Below, piece after piece: positions 24,554 through 38,700 of a stretch of DNA of 64,000 nucleotides (positions within the stretch are counted from its first letter, which is position 1; the number at the start of each line of letters is the position of its first letter). This DNA is from Eledone cirrhosa (taxonomy: Eukaryota). The stretch spans positions 392,336,001-392,400,000 of the forward strand of contig OZ024740.1 in assembly GCA_964016885.1 (NCBI GenBank). The letters run 5' to 3'. A model generated the notes under the pieces. That model made no database searches and was not told the origin of the DNA. It saw nothing but the letters and a program-made list of their open reading frames with translations. The position numbers and the translations under genes are program-made.

Positions 24554-24797
24554 CTAGACCACCCATGACCCATTGGGTCACGTTCACTTCAAAATAATTT
24601 TTTAAAATCATGTCCAATCATAAAATCATGTCCAACCCTTGCAAGCAGGGAAAAGTGGACGTAAAATGATGATGATGATCATCATTTAAAAATGATTTTT
24701 AAATAATTAAAATATACACAGACATGTATATAATAAGAAATGAAACTGGAAGGCCCATATATATATGTGTGTGTATGTATATATTTAAATATATGTG

Positions 24798-24828
<31 letters not shown>

Positions 24829-25193
24829 GTGGGCATCTGTGATCTATATGCACTGGTCATAGATACACACTCATATATACGTATATATATACACAATACC
24901 ACCACCAGGTCTCTTCCATTCTCCTTCTCTGTCTCCTCTCCCCCTCTCTGTTTCTCTTTCAGTCTATTCTTTCACAACCACTATCTCTTGCTCTCTATCT
25001 TTCTCTCTCTTTGTGTATGAAGGTACCTGGAAAAGCCCCATATCTCGAGAATCCGTGGTCCGATTTACACAAAACTTGTTTTATTCCATTTGTATTCCCA
25101 TTTCAGGGGCAACTTCCTTTCAAAGTATTTTCCTATTATGTGTCCTTTACAGACAAGCAAGCAAGCAATCACAGACTTTTAGTAATATATAGA
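24554..25193 (-). mobile_element. Non-autonomous Helitron
   Basis: Minus strand begins A|TCTATATATTACTAAAAG...(TTGC)n and ends with hairpin TGACCCA-A-TGGGTCA shortly before CTAG|T; no TSD. Confidence 0.65.
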
Positions 25194-25869
25194 TAGCTAA
25201 AGCATGACATCTCACACTAGATCAACCAACCAGCCAGCCATTGGCTATTATATATATATATATATATATACCCAGATTGTCGCTTTGGATGAAATTATTT
25301 TAGAGTGGATACTGGTTCATATAGGGATAATTCTAGCTCAACACTGCAGTTTGGGTAGTTACATGTTAATCATACAATGTCCTCCATGAGATATATCATA
25401 CTTATGCAGGTTGAAGTTTTTGCCAGGAACACATTTACTATGTTAGTAATGTTATATGAGATTGTTGCCCTTTCAAGCATGTTGACTCAGTGATTAGAAT
25501 GTTAAGAATTATTTGAGCTATTAAACTTATCTTTTTCAGTGACCAGTGACTTTAATAGATAAAAGCATCCTTAGATGTATGATAAATGTCCATGATTTTA
25601 ATTCCTAGATGTAGATTCCTGCCAGTGTCTTTAATTACTATTCCTAGAATAGTGTTTACTCTAAACTAGCAACCTAGATATCATTGCTCCCAAAACATTG
25701 GATTCACCTGTCTTGCCGTCCTCCATAACTGTTAACACTTTACTCAGTTCTTCTTTCTTAAAACATTGACTCCATTAACCTGCATGTTGATCAAACTGCT
25801 AGAAATAGCAGCCAAATTTTCCCTAAATCTTTATACCATCTTAAAAATTGGAAGGTCATAATAAATAAT

Positions 25870-26053
25870 TGTTACTACTTTTGCCACAAGGCCAGCAAAT
25901 ATCCCAGTGTATTACTGGTACTTTATTTTATCGACCCTGTAAGGATGAAAGGCAAAGTTAACCTTGGCAGGATTTGAACTCAGATCATAAAGGGCTGTAA
26001 CTCTTTGCTGCAAAGTATTGCGCATACCCTCTACCAATACTGCCAATCCACCT
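25870..26053 (-). mobile_element. SINE A
   Basis: Full head, core and tail similar to 35552-35736. Confidence 0.8.
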
Positions 26054-26911
26054 ACATACTCCCTAAAATACAGGTGTTCCTGGTTGGAATATTGTTGTCC
26101 ACCTGGCACTAGACAGCAACCTCACTAATTTAGGAAACCTGGCAAGGAACCATTAGTTCTGTTGTTCTTCCATGGAGTTACTAATAAACAAAATATGCAA
26201 AATAAAGCACTTTAGGGTTTGTGGAAAGCAGTTACAATGTGTTCCTGATACTGACCATCACTGTTTTAACCCTGATCTTTCAATGTTGGCATGATTTGGA
26301 TGAGTCTGACATGCATCATGTTATTAATCATTTCTCTTTTGCCACCTTACATGACAAACCCATACCATATCTTTGCACATCTTCCTTGGTTTTCTTCTTC
26401 AAGAGATACTCACCATTAACAACACATGGGCTTTTTTGTTTCTTTTTCTCTATCATTGGCTTTTATATATTAACCATTTCATGACTGTATTTCTAATGAA
26501 ATACAATCTATAATCTATCCAATTAATTAATGAAACATTTTCAGGGATTTACTGAAATTATTAATTATTTCATTACTAAGATAGTATTTTAACATATATT
26601 TCTTAAATAAAACTGTTGGAAGATTTAAATTTAAATAGGATCACTTCAAAATGAGTGGTTTTGTTTAATTGGACCCAAGCCAGTTTTGGCTGAGTTGGTA
26701 ATGAAAGCGTTAAATCCACATAAATGCTCTTATATCTCCTGCACACTTTGGCCAATGCTTGTATGACCATATTTTGAATAAGAAACACTGGCTATAAGCT
26801 TTAATTAATTGAAAAAAAAAAAATCGAAAATTTGGAATGCTTTCTACTATAACATGTAACTTTTTATTATTTAGTTAGTGTTTAGAACAAAGTATTTTTA
26901 CATAAAATTAT

Positions 26912-27090
26912 AATTGTTTCTACTATTGGCACAAGGCCAGCAATTACTCAGTACATTACTGGTACTTTATTTTATCGACCCCGTAAGGATGAAAGGCAAA
27001 GTTAACCTTGGCGGGATTTGAACTCAGAATGGCAACAGCCGTAACTCAATGCGTCAAGCAAGGCGTCCGACCCTCTACCGATACTGCCAA
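26912..27090 (-). mobile_element. SINE A
   Basis: High identity to 35552-35736. Confidence 0.85.
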
Positions 27091-29014
27091 GTCAAAAATT
27101 ATAATAGAGGCCAATTGTTATCAAAATACTTAATACTCTCTCAGCTCATTAAAATATAGAAAAAAGCACAATAAATATTTATAGTACTTTTCAAGAACAG
27201 TATTTTTAGATTCCATGTTATCCTTCTCCAAACAATGCAGTATCTTTTAGATATAGCTGATTCATACTTGCTTACATGTGGCCTAGTGGTTGGGGTTTGG
27301 ACTTACGATACAATTTTGCTTTCAATTTCTTGACCAGATTGGGCTTTATGTTTTTGAGAAGACATTTCATGCTTTTCATAAGACTCAAGAAACCTATAAG
27401 ATATAACTTTGTAGGGGGTTTGCTAAACCTGCATAGGTAAGCGTTATAAATCTAATTTAATTTTCATATACATTTAAGTTGCACGCCAATAAACAGGATT
27501 ATTGAAGAAATTATAACTTCAACATACTAGTCTAAAAAGGTTCGCCATTTCTGCAATAACAATACACAAAATTCCAACACTTTAGAACATTCTGAGTTGT
27601 CTCCCTTTATGTAATATATTTGATAATTTAGAAATAACCCTGGCTAAATTTATTGTGCATTTTGTTATTTCTTCTAAAAGAGGGAAATGTAAGCCACCTC
27701 CATTTTCATACACTTTCCTTTAATGATGCCAACTGAGTTTGCAACAGGACAATCACTAATTCATTGTATTTCTAACACAAATATTAAAATGAGAGTGTCT
27801 GTAACTTGGAGCAAAGGACTTTGCTATAAGCACCAGTGAAAGATAACAAATACGCTATATTTTTCTGTCTATCAAATTCAACTCACAGAGTACTGGTCAA
27901 CCAAAAAATATGACAGAAGATATTTGCCCAAGATGCTGCATGCACAGTGGATTGAAAGTTGGAGCTACATGGTTGCAAAGCAAACTTCTTAAACATGCAG
28001 GCATGCCTGATGACTCTGGAGTACTACTAACAACGTATCAAGTTCAAATAGGCCGTGTTATTCTTAAGATTCAAAAAAGTTTAATGGTGAGGCAATGCTT
28101 TTGGTGGAATAATTGAAACTTATATTTATTCCTATCTCTCTACTTTCTGAGTTCTAATTTAAATGGAGGCATTGATAAAATAAGCATTACAATCAATTTA
28201 ATTGATTCTAATTCTATCTTTTAAATGCTAAATTTTGTGTTAATGTAACAAATTAAAATTATTTTTCATGTCCTGAATATCTTGGAAGAATTTGAGTTCA
28301 GAATTGCAACATATATATCAGCTATATAGTGGAGCTTCTACATGATTGCTTGCCCTACTAAAAGTAGCAGCCAAGATTCCTTCATCATCATCATCATCAT
28401 CATCTTCGTTTAACGTCCATCTTCCACGCTAGCATGGGTTACACTATATTGAAAAAAAAAATGGATATATATATTGCATAAAATAGTCCTGAATTTAATG
28501 TCAGAAAGGAAGATGGGATGATGGGATGATCACAGGTTGAATGTTGTCAAATGATAAACATTTAACAGAGAAACTGTTAAAAGAACATGTTTCAAAATGG
28601 AGATGAACTTATAAAAAATCAACTTTGCGCAAATAGATACAGAGTTGCAGCAAGTGTCATGCTTTGACTGAGTCCAACTGGCCTGCTTTCATTGTAGCTA
28701 CCACAATAATCTATAAGCATACAGAAATACATTGCACAGCTGTGGAAGAGAGAGAGAGTATATAATATCTAGACTGTCACATTGCACCACTCCATACATT
28801 TGTATGTTAGATTGTACATAATGATCTTCAACTTGACAGAGATATCTTATATCTTCAACAATAGATATATGTGTTGTATATACCATATTTGGTGGCATAT
28901 AAGAAGACCCTCCCCCCTAATCGGATTTTAAAATGTATTATATTGAATTTATTGAATAAATTCAGTAATACATCAATACTCCCCCACCCCATATATATAT
29001 ATATATAATCTCTT

Positions 29015-29052
<38 letters not shown>

Positions 29053-29059
29053 GTAATCT

Positions 29060-29117
<58 letters not shown>

Positions 29118-29118
<1 letters not shown>

Positions 29119-30265
29119 GACAAAATTGACGGAAGCGATGGAGTAGGAAGGCCTAGGAAAATTTAGGATGAGGTGATTAAAGCTGACCATACACAATTGC
29201 ACCTCTCAAAGATGATGACACAGGACCATGATCTCTGGTGTTATGCAGTAATACAAAAGACCTGATTTTCCATGTGCATGGGTTGAGGTATACATCTAGT
29301 ATGCACCACTTCCCCTCCATCACCCCTTTCATACAGCTCTCTCATTGTAACAACCCACCCATGTCCTAATATCCCACCCACATCGTAAAACCCTGCCCCA
29401 CCCATACCTCTAGATCTATCTGCCTCATCTCCATGCATTTCCCCCACCCATGTCCCCAGTCCACACTGCAAAGTGATTTTTCTGGTGCCACGACAAGGAG
29501 CGCCCATGACAAAAATCACCCAGCACATACTGTAAATGTGGTTGGCATTAGGAAGGGCATCCTGCTGTAGAAATCAACCCCAAATCAGTTCTATATGAGT
29601 GAAACATGGTCCTCCAACTTGATCTATCACAAAGGGACACCCTGTGCTACCCATGCTAGCATGGAAAATGGATGTTAAATGATGATGATGATATGACAAA
29701 ACTGATGGAAGCTATGGAGTAGGAAGACTGGGATGAGGTGATAAAAGCTGACCATGCACAATTGCATCTCTCAAAGGTGATGACACAGGACCGTGATCTC
29801 TGGCATGATGCAGTATACAGAAGACTTGCCCTCCCGTGTGCATGGGCTGAGGCATACATCTAGTATGTGTCACTTTCTCCTCCATCACCCTTTCCATACA
29901 CCTCCCACATTGTAACAGCCCACCCCCACGTCCTAACACCCCACCCTCACCCATACTCCTAGATCTAACCCCCCCCCCCCATCTCCACGCACCTCCCCAC
30001 CCTTGTCCCCAGTCCGTACTGTAAAGTAGTTGTTTTGGTAACATGAGAAAAAGTGCCCACCCCACACTATAATGTGGTCATGTAGGTGTCCTGACAAAAA
30101 GCACCCACTACACACAGTAAATGTAGTTGGTATTAGAAACGGCATCAAGCCATAGAAACCATGCTAAAATCAGTTCTGTATGAGAAAAACATGGTCACCC
30201 AACCTGGCTTGTCTCACAGTGGGTCCGCTCATCTAATCTGTGCTAGCATGGAAAATGACGTTAAA
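29118..30265 (+). mobile_element. Two tandem RTE 3'-end copies (about 570 bp each) with the same 5' start
   Basis: Both start TATGACAAAAYTGAYGGAAGC (about 29116 and 29692) and match 14700-15160. Confidence 0.8.
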
Positions 30266-30779
30266 CAGTGATGATGATGATGTTGATGACGATAGGCTTC
30301 TGCCGTTTCCATTTACCAAATGTTATTAGCAAGTCACTGGTTATAGAAGAGACTTGCCCAAGGTGCCACACTAGAAGTGAACATGAAACTGCATATGTGT
30401 GAATCAAACACCTTAACCCCACAGCCATTCCTGTGGCTGCTGACAAATTTTACATAAGATGCATGTGATTCAAAAGTAAAGCTGGCTAGGATGATTAGTG
30501 ATTTTAGTCTAAAGCTTTCTTATGAAGTAATTTTCTTTCAAGTTTGCAAGCCTTAACAGCAACCCTTGAGTCCAGGTCTTGCAAGTTTATAAAGTACATG
30601 TTGAGTTGATTCCTTAAAATTATTTCTTAATTTGCAAGCTAAAAATAACTTGTATGTCTTCATCATTTTGGTTGATTCAATTGTAATATTTTCATTATTA
30701 TTTTAAATTTTTCCTACTCTTTCTATTTCTATGCTTACAAATTTGCATTTTTCAAGAAGGTTTCTGGACTTTTGTTTTC

Positions 30780-31930
30780 ATTATCATCATCATCATCGTT
30801 TAACCTCTATCTTCCACGCTAGCACGGGTTAGACAGGAATTGTCCCACTTGAGGCAAGATTGATCGGGTGACTGTGTCTCACTCATATAGGACTGTATCT
30901 GGCAGGTTTTCTATGGCTGGATGCCCTTCCTAACACCAACCACATTAACAGTGTGGACTGGGAGCCATTTTATTGACTCCTACATGACCACTTTACAGCA
31001 TAAACTGGGTGTTTTTTTGTTGTGGCGCCTACACAACCTCTTTAGTTTGGACTGGATGTTGTGATACCAACATAACTTTACAGAGAAAGGGTGGTATTGG
31101 TGGGAGTGGGAGGATGGAGTAGGGGTAGTGGGTTGGGTGTATATTTGTTTTCATTGTCTGCATTTCAATAATCTGTTGAGCCATATATATCATCGTCACC
31201 ATCACCATCATCATCATCATCATTTAACATCTATCTTCCATGCTTGCATGGGTAAGACAGGTTGTCATGTTATGAAATAAGTCAGGTCAGGTGATCATGT
31301 CTTTCTTATATGGAACTGCTTCTGGCTTGGGTTTTATGGCTTGTTGCCCTTCTTAATGCCAACCATTTTATAGCATGGATTCCATGGATTCGGAGCTTTT
31401 CATCATGGCATCAAAACAACCACCTGATAGGTACCAGTACAACCCCCTACAGAATGGATTGGGTGCTTTTTGTTGTATAACCTGCACAACCACCTTATAA
31501 GGTGGGCTGTGCTCTTTTTGTCATAGCACCAGCACACCCATCTACAGGGTGGATAGGGTGCTGTTTGTTGTGTCACTAGCATGGTTACCTTACAGGGTGG
31601 ACTGGATGCTTTGTGTAGTTGTGGCACCAGCCCTATCACTATATCATCATCATTGTTTAACATCTATTTTCTATGCTTGCATGGGTTAAATGAGCTGTCA
31701 TGTTCTGAGGCTTGGCAGGTCAGGTGACCTTGTCGTGTTATTACATTTCACATTTGGCTTGGTTTTCTATGACTGGATGCTCTTCCTAGCACCAACCACT
31801 TTACAGCATGTACTGAGAGCTTTTTTGTGGCACCAGCACTACCACCTTATGGGTGGACTGGGTACTTTTTGTTGTGGCCCCAGAACAATTACCTTACAGA
31901 GTAAACTGAGTACATTTGTAGTAGCACCAG
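30780..31930 (-). mobile_element. Three RTE 3'-end fragments with amplified about 45-bp 3'UTR subrepeat
   Basis: (CAT)n-TTTAAC..TCTTCCAYGCTWGCAYGGGTTA starts at about 30785, 31210 and 31645. Confidence 0.75.
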
Positions 31931-34257
31931 TACTATATATATATTAAAGGCTTAGAGGAAAAGATTGTGCATACGACCTTTTTTGCAAGACCTCTAAGAC
32001 TTGTATTGAAAAAGGGAGAACATATGGGTTATCCTTATAGTCTTAACTACACAGTCATTAATCTACTTTATAGCTTTATGGACCAACTGCCTGATGCCAA
32101 ATGGTGTTCCTATGTGATCAGCGGACAAACATTAGCCGCATTAAGAATAGTTACCAGGTAATGATGCTCACCTTTGTAGAACACTTTGACTGCTCTAAAG
32201 TTATCTGAATTCCACCAAAGATAGATCTACATCTAATTTTTTCTACAAGGTTAAGGAGGGGGTGGAGGTCGTTCTAATTAAATCTTTGTGAGTTTGTTGT
32301 ACAGACCTGATGACACTAATAGAGAATAGCTGACAGACTTGTATATCTCAGAGGAACATATTTTTTTTTCAGAAACGTTATCAGTTGCCAGCATCCACTT
32401 TGGTTGGGAGTGATTTTGTGATGTAATGGCTGAGGACATAAGAGAGAAAAAGAAGGGGACTTACCATGAGCATCATGTTTTTTTTACATGTCCAAAAATT
32501 ATCTGTAAGAAAGACATTACATCCGTAAGAACTTACCCACATCTGCGGGTAATTATCTCATTATAAATGTGTATATATTTTATTGTGTTTTAATGAACAT
32601 TGTTTTGTTTTGTTTTCTGGAGGAGTTCCTTTTTTGTTAGCATAAAGTTTTTATCTTCCCTCTTTCCCCAAACCATCCATTTGCTTCAGGCTGCCCTTCC
32701 GAACAGTTGTGAATGTAGTCGGAAATTATTATTTTTACCAGTTTTTAGGTATTTCAGCAAGATCATTTTTTAGCTTTCTAACTACCATATATACTAAAAT
32801 ATAAGTGGACTCCCCTATTTTATGTCTGAGAAATAGGCAAAAATCCAAACCCATTTTTAAGCCAAGGCAGCTAATCAACACATGTTTAGATGACATGGTT
32901 TTGAAATTCTCAGTAGTGGAGAAAATATTAATGAAGTTTTAATATTTTGATACTTAAGATGTTTTTAGTGTATAGTTTTTGTTTCAGAACTCCATTACTG
33001 TTCTTTTACCAATTTCTGATCATTAAAAACATAAAAAAACAATAGGAAATAGAAATTTCATGTCAAAAGTGAAACTGGTATAATATTCAGCCCCAAAGTG
33101 AAATCACTGTAATATTCACACAAAGCAAAAATACTTTTGCATCTCATTTACAAAGAATTTTGAAGTTGGGAAAAATCGACAAAATATTGACCCCGAACAT
33201 ATGCCACCCCCATCTTATTTTACTATGAATGTTTTTGTCACACATTTCTTGACTTATATATGAATATATATGGTAATTTTAGTCTAGTGAAGAGAGATAG
33301 TGTTCCTAACCATTGGAATTATTCCCAGATTGGTGAGATTGAAGCTGGTGATGTTCAGCTAAATCATTTGTTGCTCAATGTTCACAGGAGAAGCATTAGT
33401 AGGGAGGAAATTCCAGAGGGTTGCAATACTATTGCAACTAGGAGTTGTATTTCCCACAAAGCTTGATGGGGTAATATTAAGTGGACAGACACATAAATCT
33501 AGGTGAAGATATGCAGCTTGTCCAGAAAAATATATACTGAAAAACAGAATGTTTGACCCTTTTCTGCAATTAGAACTGTTTTATCTATTTTATTGATGTT
33601 GTTTAGCTTAGGTCATTTCTAATAAGCAGACCTATAACTAAAGACATTTTTGTTATTATCCTCTTGGCATGGTGTTTCCAGTATTGTTATTCAATGTGTG
33701 ACTGTTTGGGCTGTTTTTTGTCTTATTAATTTTGTTTTCAATTTTGAGGACAGAAAGTCTTCATGTGTCCTCTACTGTCCAATATGAAGCAGTGTGGATT
33801 TTGTGACTTTCTTTACTTGCCTCACACTCCTGGTCTCTGGCTTTCTCATGGAGAAAACACGGGAAATGGCTGGACATTTCCAAAGCATAACACTAATCTT
33901 AAAAAAATATTCATATTTACCTCTATTCATATTCAATCTTACCTATTAATTGGGGTTGAGTAGGCTATCTCTCCTAAATATATTGTGAAGGCCAGGGTAT
34001 ATCAAGGGACACATGTATTGGTACCTCTTTTATTATTCTACCCTCATAAATGTTTTCTATCTATACAGATAGGACCACACTAGCATCTTTCTTCCTTCTT
34101 TATTCTTAATCAGGATCATTTGTTAACAAATATAATTTTGTTGAAAAGTTTTGAAGATTATCAAATCTGTACATTTTTATAATAATCAAAACATGGAAAA
34201 GTTGAAAATCAACGTACCTATTTTGAATTTTTGAAATTGCCACAGTAAAATATATAT

Positions 34258-34640
34258 AAGGGTCAGCTGAAAGGTTCATAGACTGACCAAGATACTCTCA
34301 TGCAATGCAAGCAAATGAGGTTTATTTTTCAACTGAGTCCCTCTTGCGGTCCACACACTACTTCCATTGATGTTTAAGTGCTTGGATCTCATTGGTGAAG
34401 AAGCTTTTATCCTGTTGGTAAAAGAAATTCTTCAACAGCAGATATGACATCATCATCACTGTGATACTGGTTACCAGCCACTGTTTTTTTTCACGTTGGA
34501 GAACAGATGAAAGTCAGATGGGGCCAAACTAGAAGAATAGTTCAAAGCCACTGTCACACACAGCAGCCATTGAAACCAAGGACTTGTGTGCTGGAGAATT
34601 GCCCTGATGAATATAAGACCCCTTTCATCAGATTTCCTGG
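34258..34640 (-). mobile_element. Mariner transposase 3' remnant
   Basis: YSSSLAPSDFHLF matches the mariner YSPDLAPSDFHLF motif; TA-flanked TIR-like end near 34258. Confidence 0.7.
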
Positions 34641-35495
34641 ATGTTTGCAAAAGATATTTAGGTTTGAAGTAGGTAGGCCAGTTCAATTCAAATTGTCATA
34701 TGCTGGACAAGTTATAGGAAAAGCAAAATGTTCATATACATGAATTACATTCATATAAGTGTTCATACAGGGCCAGCGCCATGCACTAGCCATACTAGGA
34801 GGCTTAGATCTAGAGATGCTATACAAATTCTGATCAACATAGATAATATTTCTTAACAGAACATGACAATTTAGTAACAAAAAGAGTAGAGGAGGTTACT
34901 GTTGGAACAAGGGTGTGGAGGACTGGAGTGGGATGGGATGGAGAGGGGAATGTTGTTATGACCTGTCACATTAACTAGCATAGGTGAGTGTGAAAGGGAA
35001 AATATTGGCTCAGTGATTGTTTTAGTGTTGTCTGAGCAAGAAGTGTGAAGAACTCAGTTCACCAGCTTACTAAACTATAAATTGAAATTATTCTATTTGG
35101 AAGAAAGGGCACATATTGTTGGCTTGTTGATTATATACAACAACAACAACAACTACTACTACTACTCCTTTTCCTGGAATTAAATAGGTTAACCACCGAT
35201 AAAATGAATTAATGCTTCTGAATTTTGAGTAATGGTTCATCAAAGACAAATTGTTTAGATTTTCAAACTGTTCAAATTGAATACTCCCACCCAAATACCA
35301 CAACCCAAATAAAATAAAACAAAACAATAAACATTGAAAATATTGACTTTGCAAGTATTTTGAGTATTTTTGTTTCTTAAAATCTATAGTCAGAACATAT
35401 ACAATTGTAAAAAAGCTAGCAAGTGTTTTGTGTTATTAAATATATTAGAATGTCAAATTGACCACGTAAAAAGCAAGATTGTGACAATGATGACG

Positions 35496-35544
<49 letters not shown>

Positions 35545-35551
35545 TAATAAT

Positions 35552-35736
35552 AATTGTTTCTACTTTTGGCACAAGGCCAACAATTACCCAGTGTATTACT
35601 GGTACATTATTTTTCGACCTCGTAAGGATAAAAGGCAAAGTTAACCTTGGCGGGATTTGAACTCAGAATGGCAAGGGCCGTAACTCTATGCGTCAAAGCA
35701 TGGCGTCCGACCCTCTACCGATACTGCCAATCCACC
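35552..35736 (-). mobile_element. SINE A, full length with (ATT)n tail
   Basis: A box TGGCAGTATCGG, B box GAGTTCAAATCC, core, tail; (AAT)n at 35497-35552. Confidence 0.88.
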
Positions 35737-35767
35737 AATAATAATAGTAATAATAATAATAATAATG

Positions 35768-38700
35768 CTTTCTTTATTAACCACAAGGGCTGACACAAAG
35801 TATAACATTAAGGACAATACAGGACAATACAAATGGGCATTTCTGCGTGTAAAAAAAAAACAGTGTGACAAAAGGAAACAATGAAAAATTCCCAAAAGGG
35901 GGAGACCTCCGAGGGTTGCTCGTGGAGATAGCCCACAAGAAAAGCCACGGTTACCCTGACCACTAGGGCAAATGCCCTCTTCTAGTTTTCCTCCTACAAT
36001 GCTACAAGCATTGCTCAAGGTAGGCCCATTCACACGGGCCATTCTTGCCTCTCTAACCCACCTTTCAACAAACTGGCTGTAAGTCAGCACTTCCCTCTCC
36101 ACCCTGATTTTCCTCTTCAGGTGAAACCTGAAAAAGTTAATGAGGGCGTCACCGAAGAGGAAAGTACCGGTCTTCAACCCTTTCAGACGTGTCCACCATA
36201 CGATCTCTTTTAACATGGCCACCAGACAGATAAAAACTGCCTGCCCTTCTCGGCTAAAGGAAGGCGGCGGGGCAATCTTCACGATGGACTCAGCTGATAG
36301 CTGGATCCGTTTTACACGTGACAGCAGGTATTCGGCATAAACCCACAAGTCAGCAATGCTCGGACACTGGACGAGTGCGTGCAGGACGGTTTCATCGCCC
36401 TGTGCGCATCTCAGACAGGCTTGGCTGACGGCACTTCCATGCCTGTAGAGTTTATCCCGAACTGGCAAGGCTCCTCGGTAGCACTGCCAGGCCAGTGATT
36501 TCTGGAAGTTGTCCATGGGCCCCGGCCCGAAAGTTCTCCCGAAGAGATTGGCTAGTTGGTTTTCGTCGACACCTAGAGTCTCCTCAAGGACGTCGTTGCT
36601 CTTCCACTAATCCTCTATAGAAAGCCAAGGTGGAGTTTCCAGCGATTGTATTGCTCGACTGGTCGAGGGCTGTAAGCGCCTGAAGACATTCTAGTCTCCA
36701 AGCGCTTCCTCTCGGTCTTTGCTTGACCCAGGACTGCAACTCCGCCAAGGAGACAAGCTGGGGAAACATGTGTCTAGCAAAGGGTGACCACACCTGATCA
36801 CCGTCGAGGAAGAGGTGGAGATGCCGTAGCCTGAGCGCATGTCTGCGCATCATCAGCCACGGTATGCCCAGCCCTCCGCGTAGCGGGTGTTGACAGCAGA
36901 TGGACCGCCTAACCATCGGAGCACGTCCCTTCCACAAAAAGCGAAAGAGCAAACGCTCCAGTGCAGTCAGGTGAGGCTTAGGACAAGGCACGACGGTCAG
37001 GCGGTAGTAGATGACGGACGCGATGTACGCATTCGCCACTTCTGCTCGACCTTTCAGGGATAGCTTCTTCTCGGCTCATACCTGGGTGAGAGATAACACA
37101 TTGCTCGTGACCTCCTCCCAGTTTTTGTCCGTCTGGAGGTCCGGACCGAACCAGACCCCTAGCAATTTAACCGGCCCGTCCGTCCAGCGCCCGATGACGC
37201 TGTTGGGCGGCATGGACCTGCCTCTCCAGGTGCCGTGTTGCAGGCCTACTGATTTTTCCTGGTTGATCATTGCTTCTGTCACTACCTCGTATTCTCTTAG
37301 TGTGGTGCCGATTGCCTCGATATGTTTGGTGTTCGACACCACTACGGTGATGTCGTCTGCATAAGCTGACACTGTTCTTCCGCATCCTAGTTCACGTGGG
37401 ATCCCCCTCAAAGTCTCCAGTTTGTGCAGTAATGGCTCAAGAGTCAATATGTACAACAAGGACGAGAGAGGACATCCCTGGCGGATCGAGCGCATGATGT
37501 TGAAAGTTTCCGAAAGGTGACCGTTCACTATCACCACAGAGCAGATGTCGCTGTGCATGGCAGCAATCCAGCCCCTGAAGACAGGCCCAAAGCCAGCTGC
37601 TCTTAGGACTGCTGCCAGATAACGATGGTCGACCCTATCGAAAGCTTTTGACTGATCTAAATTGATCAAAGACCCACCCATGCCAGATTCCATAGCAACC
37701 CTCTCTATGATGTATCGCATGAGGTGGAAGTTGTCGTGGATGGATCTGTCTGGAATGGCGCATGTTTGCGCCTCTCCCACCAGACCACCAACGACAAGCG
37801 CCAACCTCTTTGCTAGCACCTTAGCCAAAATCTTGAAGTCTGTGTTTAGCAGAGTTATGGGCTTGAAATTTTCTATGTTATCCCCCTTGTTCGGATCCTT
37901 TTTCAGCAGCGCCACCGCTGCTCGGCTCACAGAGCTGGGAATTCTCTCGTTCTGCTGCCAGTTGCAGTAGACGTCTGCCAAGAGGTCTTCGAACAAGTCT
38001 GGCATATATATGTAAAATTCGTAGGGCAGACCATCCAAACCAGGCGATTTTCCCATTGTGCAGCTAGTCATTGCCTCCCGTACCTCAGCAGCTGTTATCG
38101 GCCTTTCGCAACACTCCGCCCCAGTGGCCGAGAGCTGCGGCAGTCCGTCGAGGTAGGAACTGAAGTCCATTCCGCGATGCGGCCCGCCATTGCCCCCGAA
38201 TAGCTAAGCAAAGTGCTGCTGAAAAGCCGCACACATCTGCCCGGGATCGAGTATCATGTGCCCGTCGTGGTTCGCCAAAGACCGGATCGTGGCTTTGTTG
38301 CCACGACGCTCCTCCGCCACTCGGGCCCATTGAACGGCTTTTGTCCCCTATTATCTGAGAGCACGCACCCTAGCTCTGACAATACAGCCTTTGTGCTTAG
38401 CGTTGAAAAATTGGTCGAGAACCAATTTCGCCGCAAGCACGTCGGTCGCGATGCCTTTACTAAGCGCCTCGTCTAATTTCTTAACTAGATTTCCTTCTGC
38501 TCTATTTTTCTCTGTTACTAGCGCTTTACTAAACCTAATGGACTCTATTCTAATCTTTTCATGGAAAACCACCATTTGGTGTTGACGATGGCCCCTGTCA
38601 AAGCCGGCTTAACTAAATCGCTAATCCGGTCTCTGTAAGCTTTGCGCGCTGTTAACGACGCGTTTAGTTTCCAGTAGCCGGGTCCCTGTCTATGAAGCCT

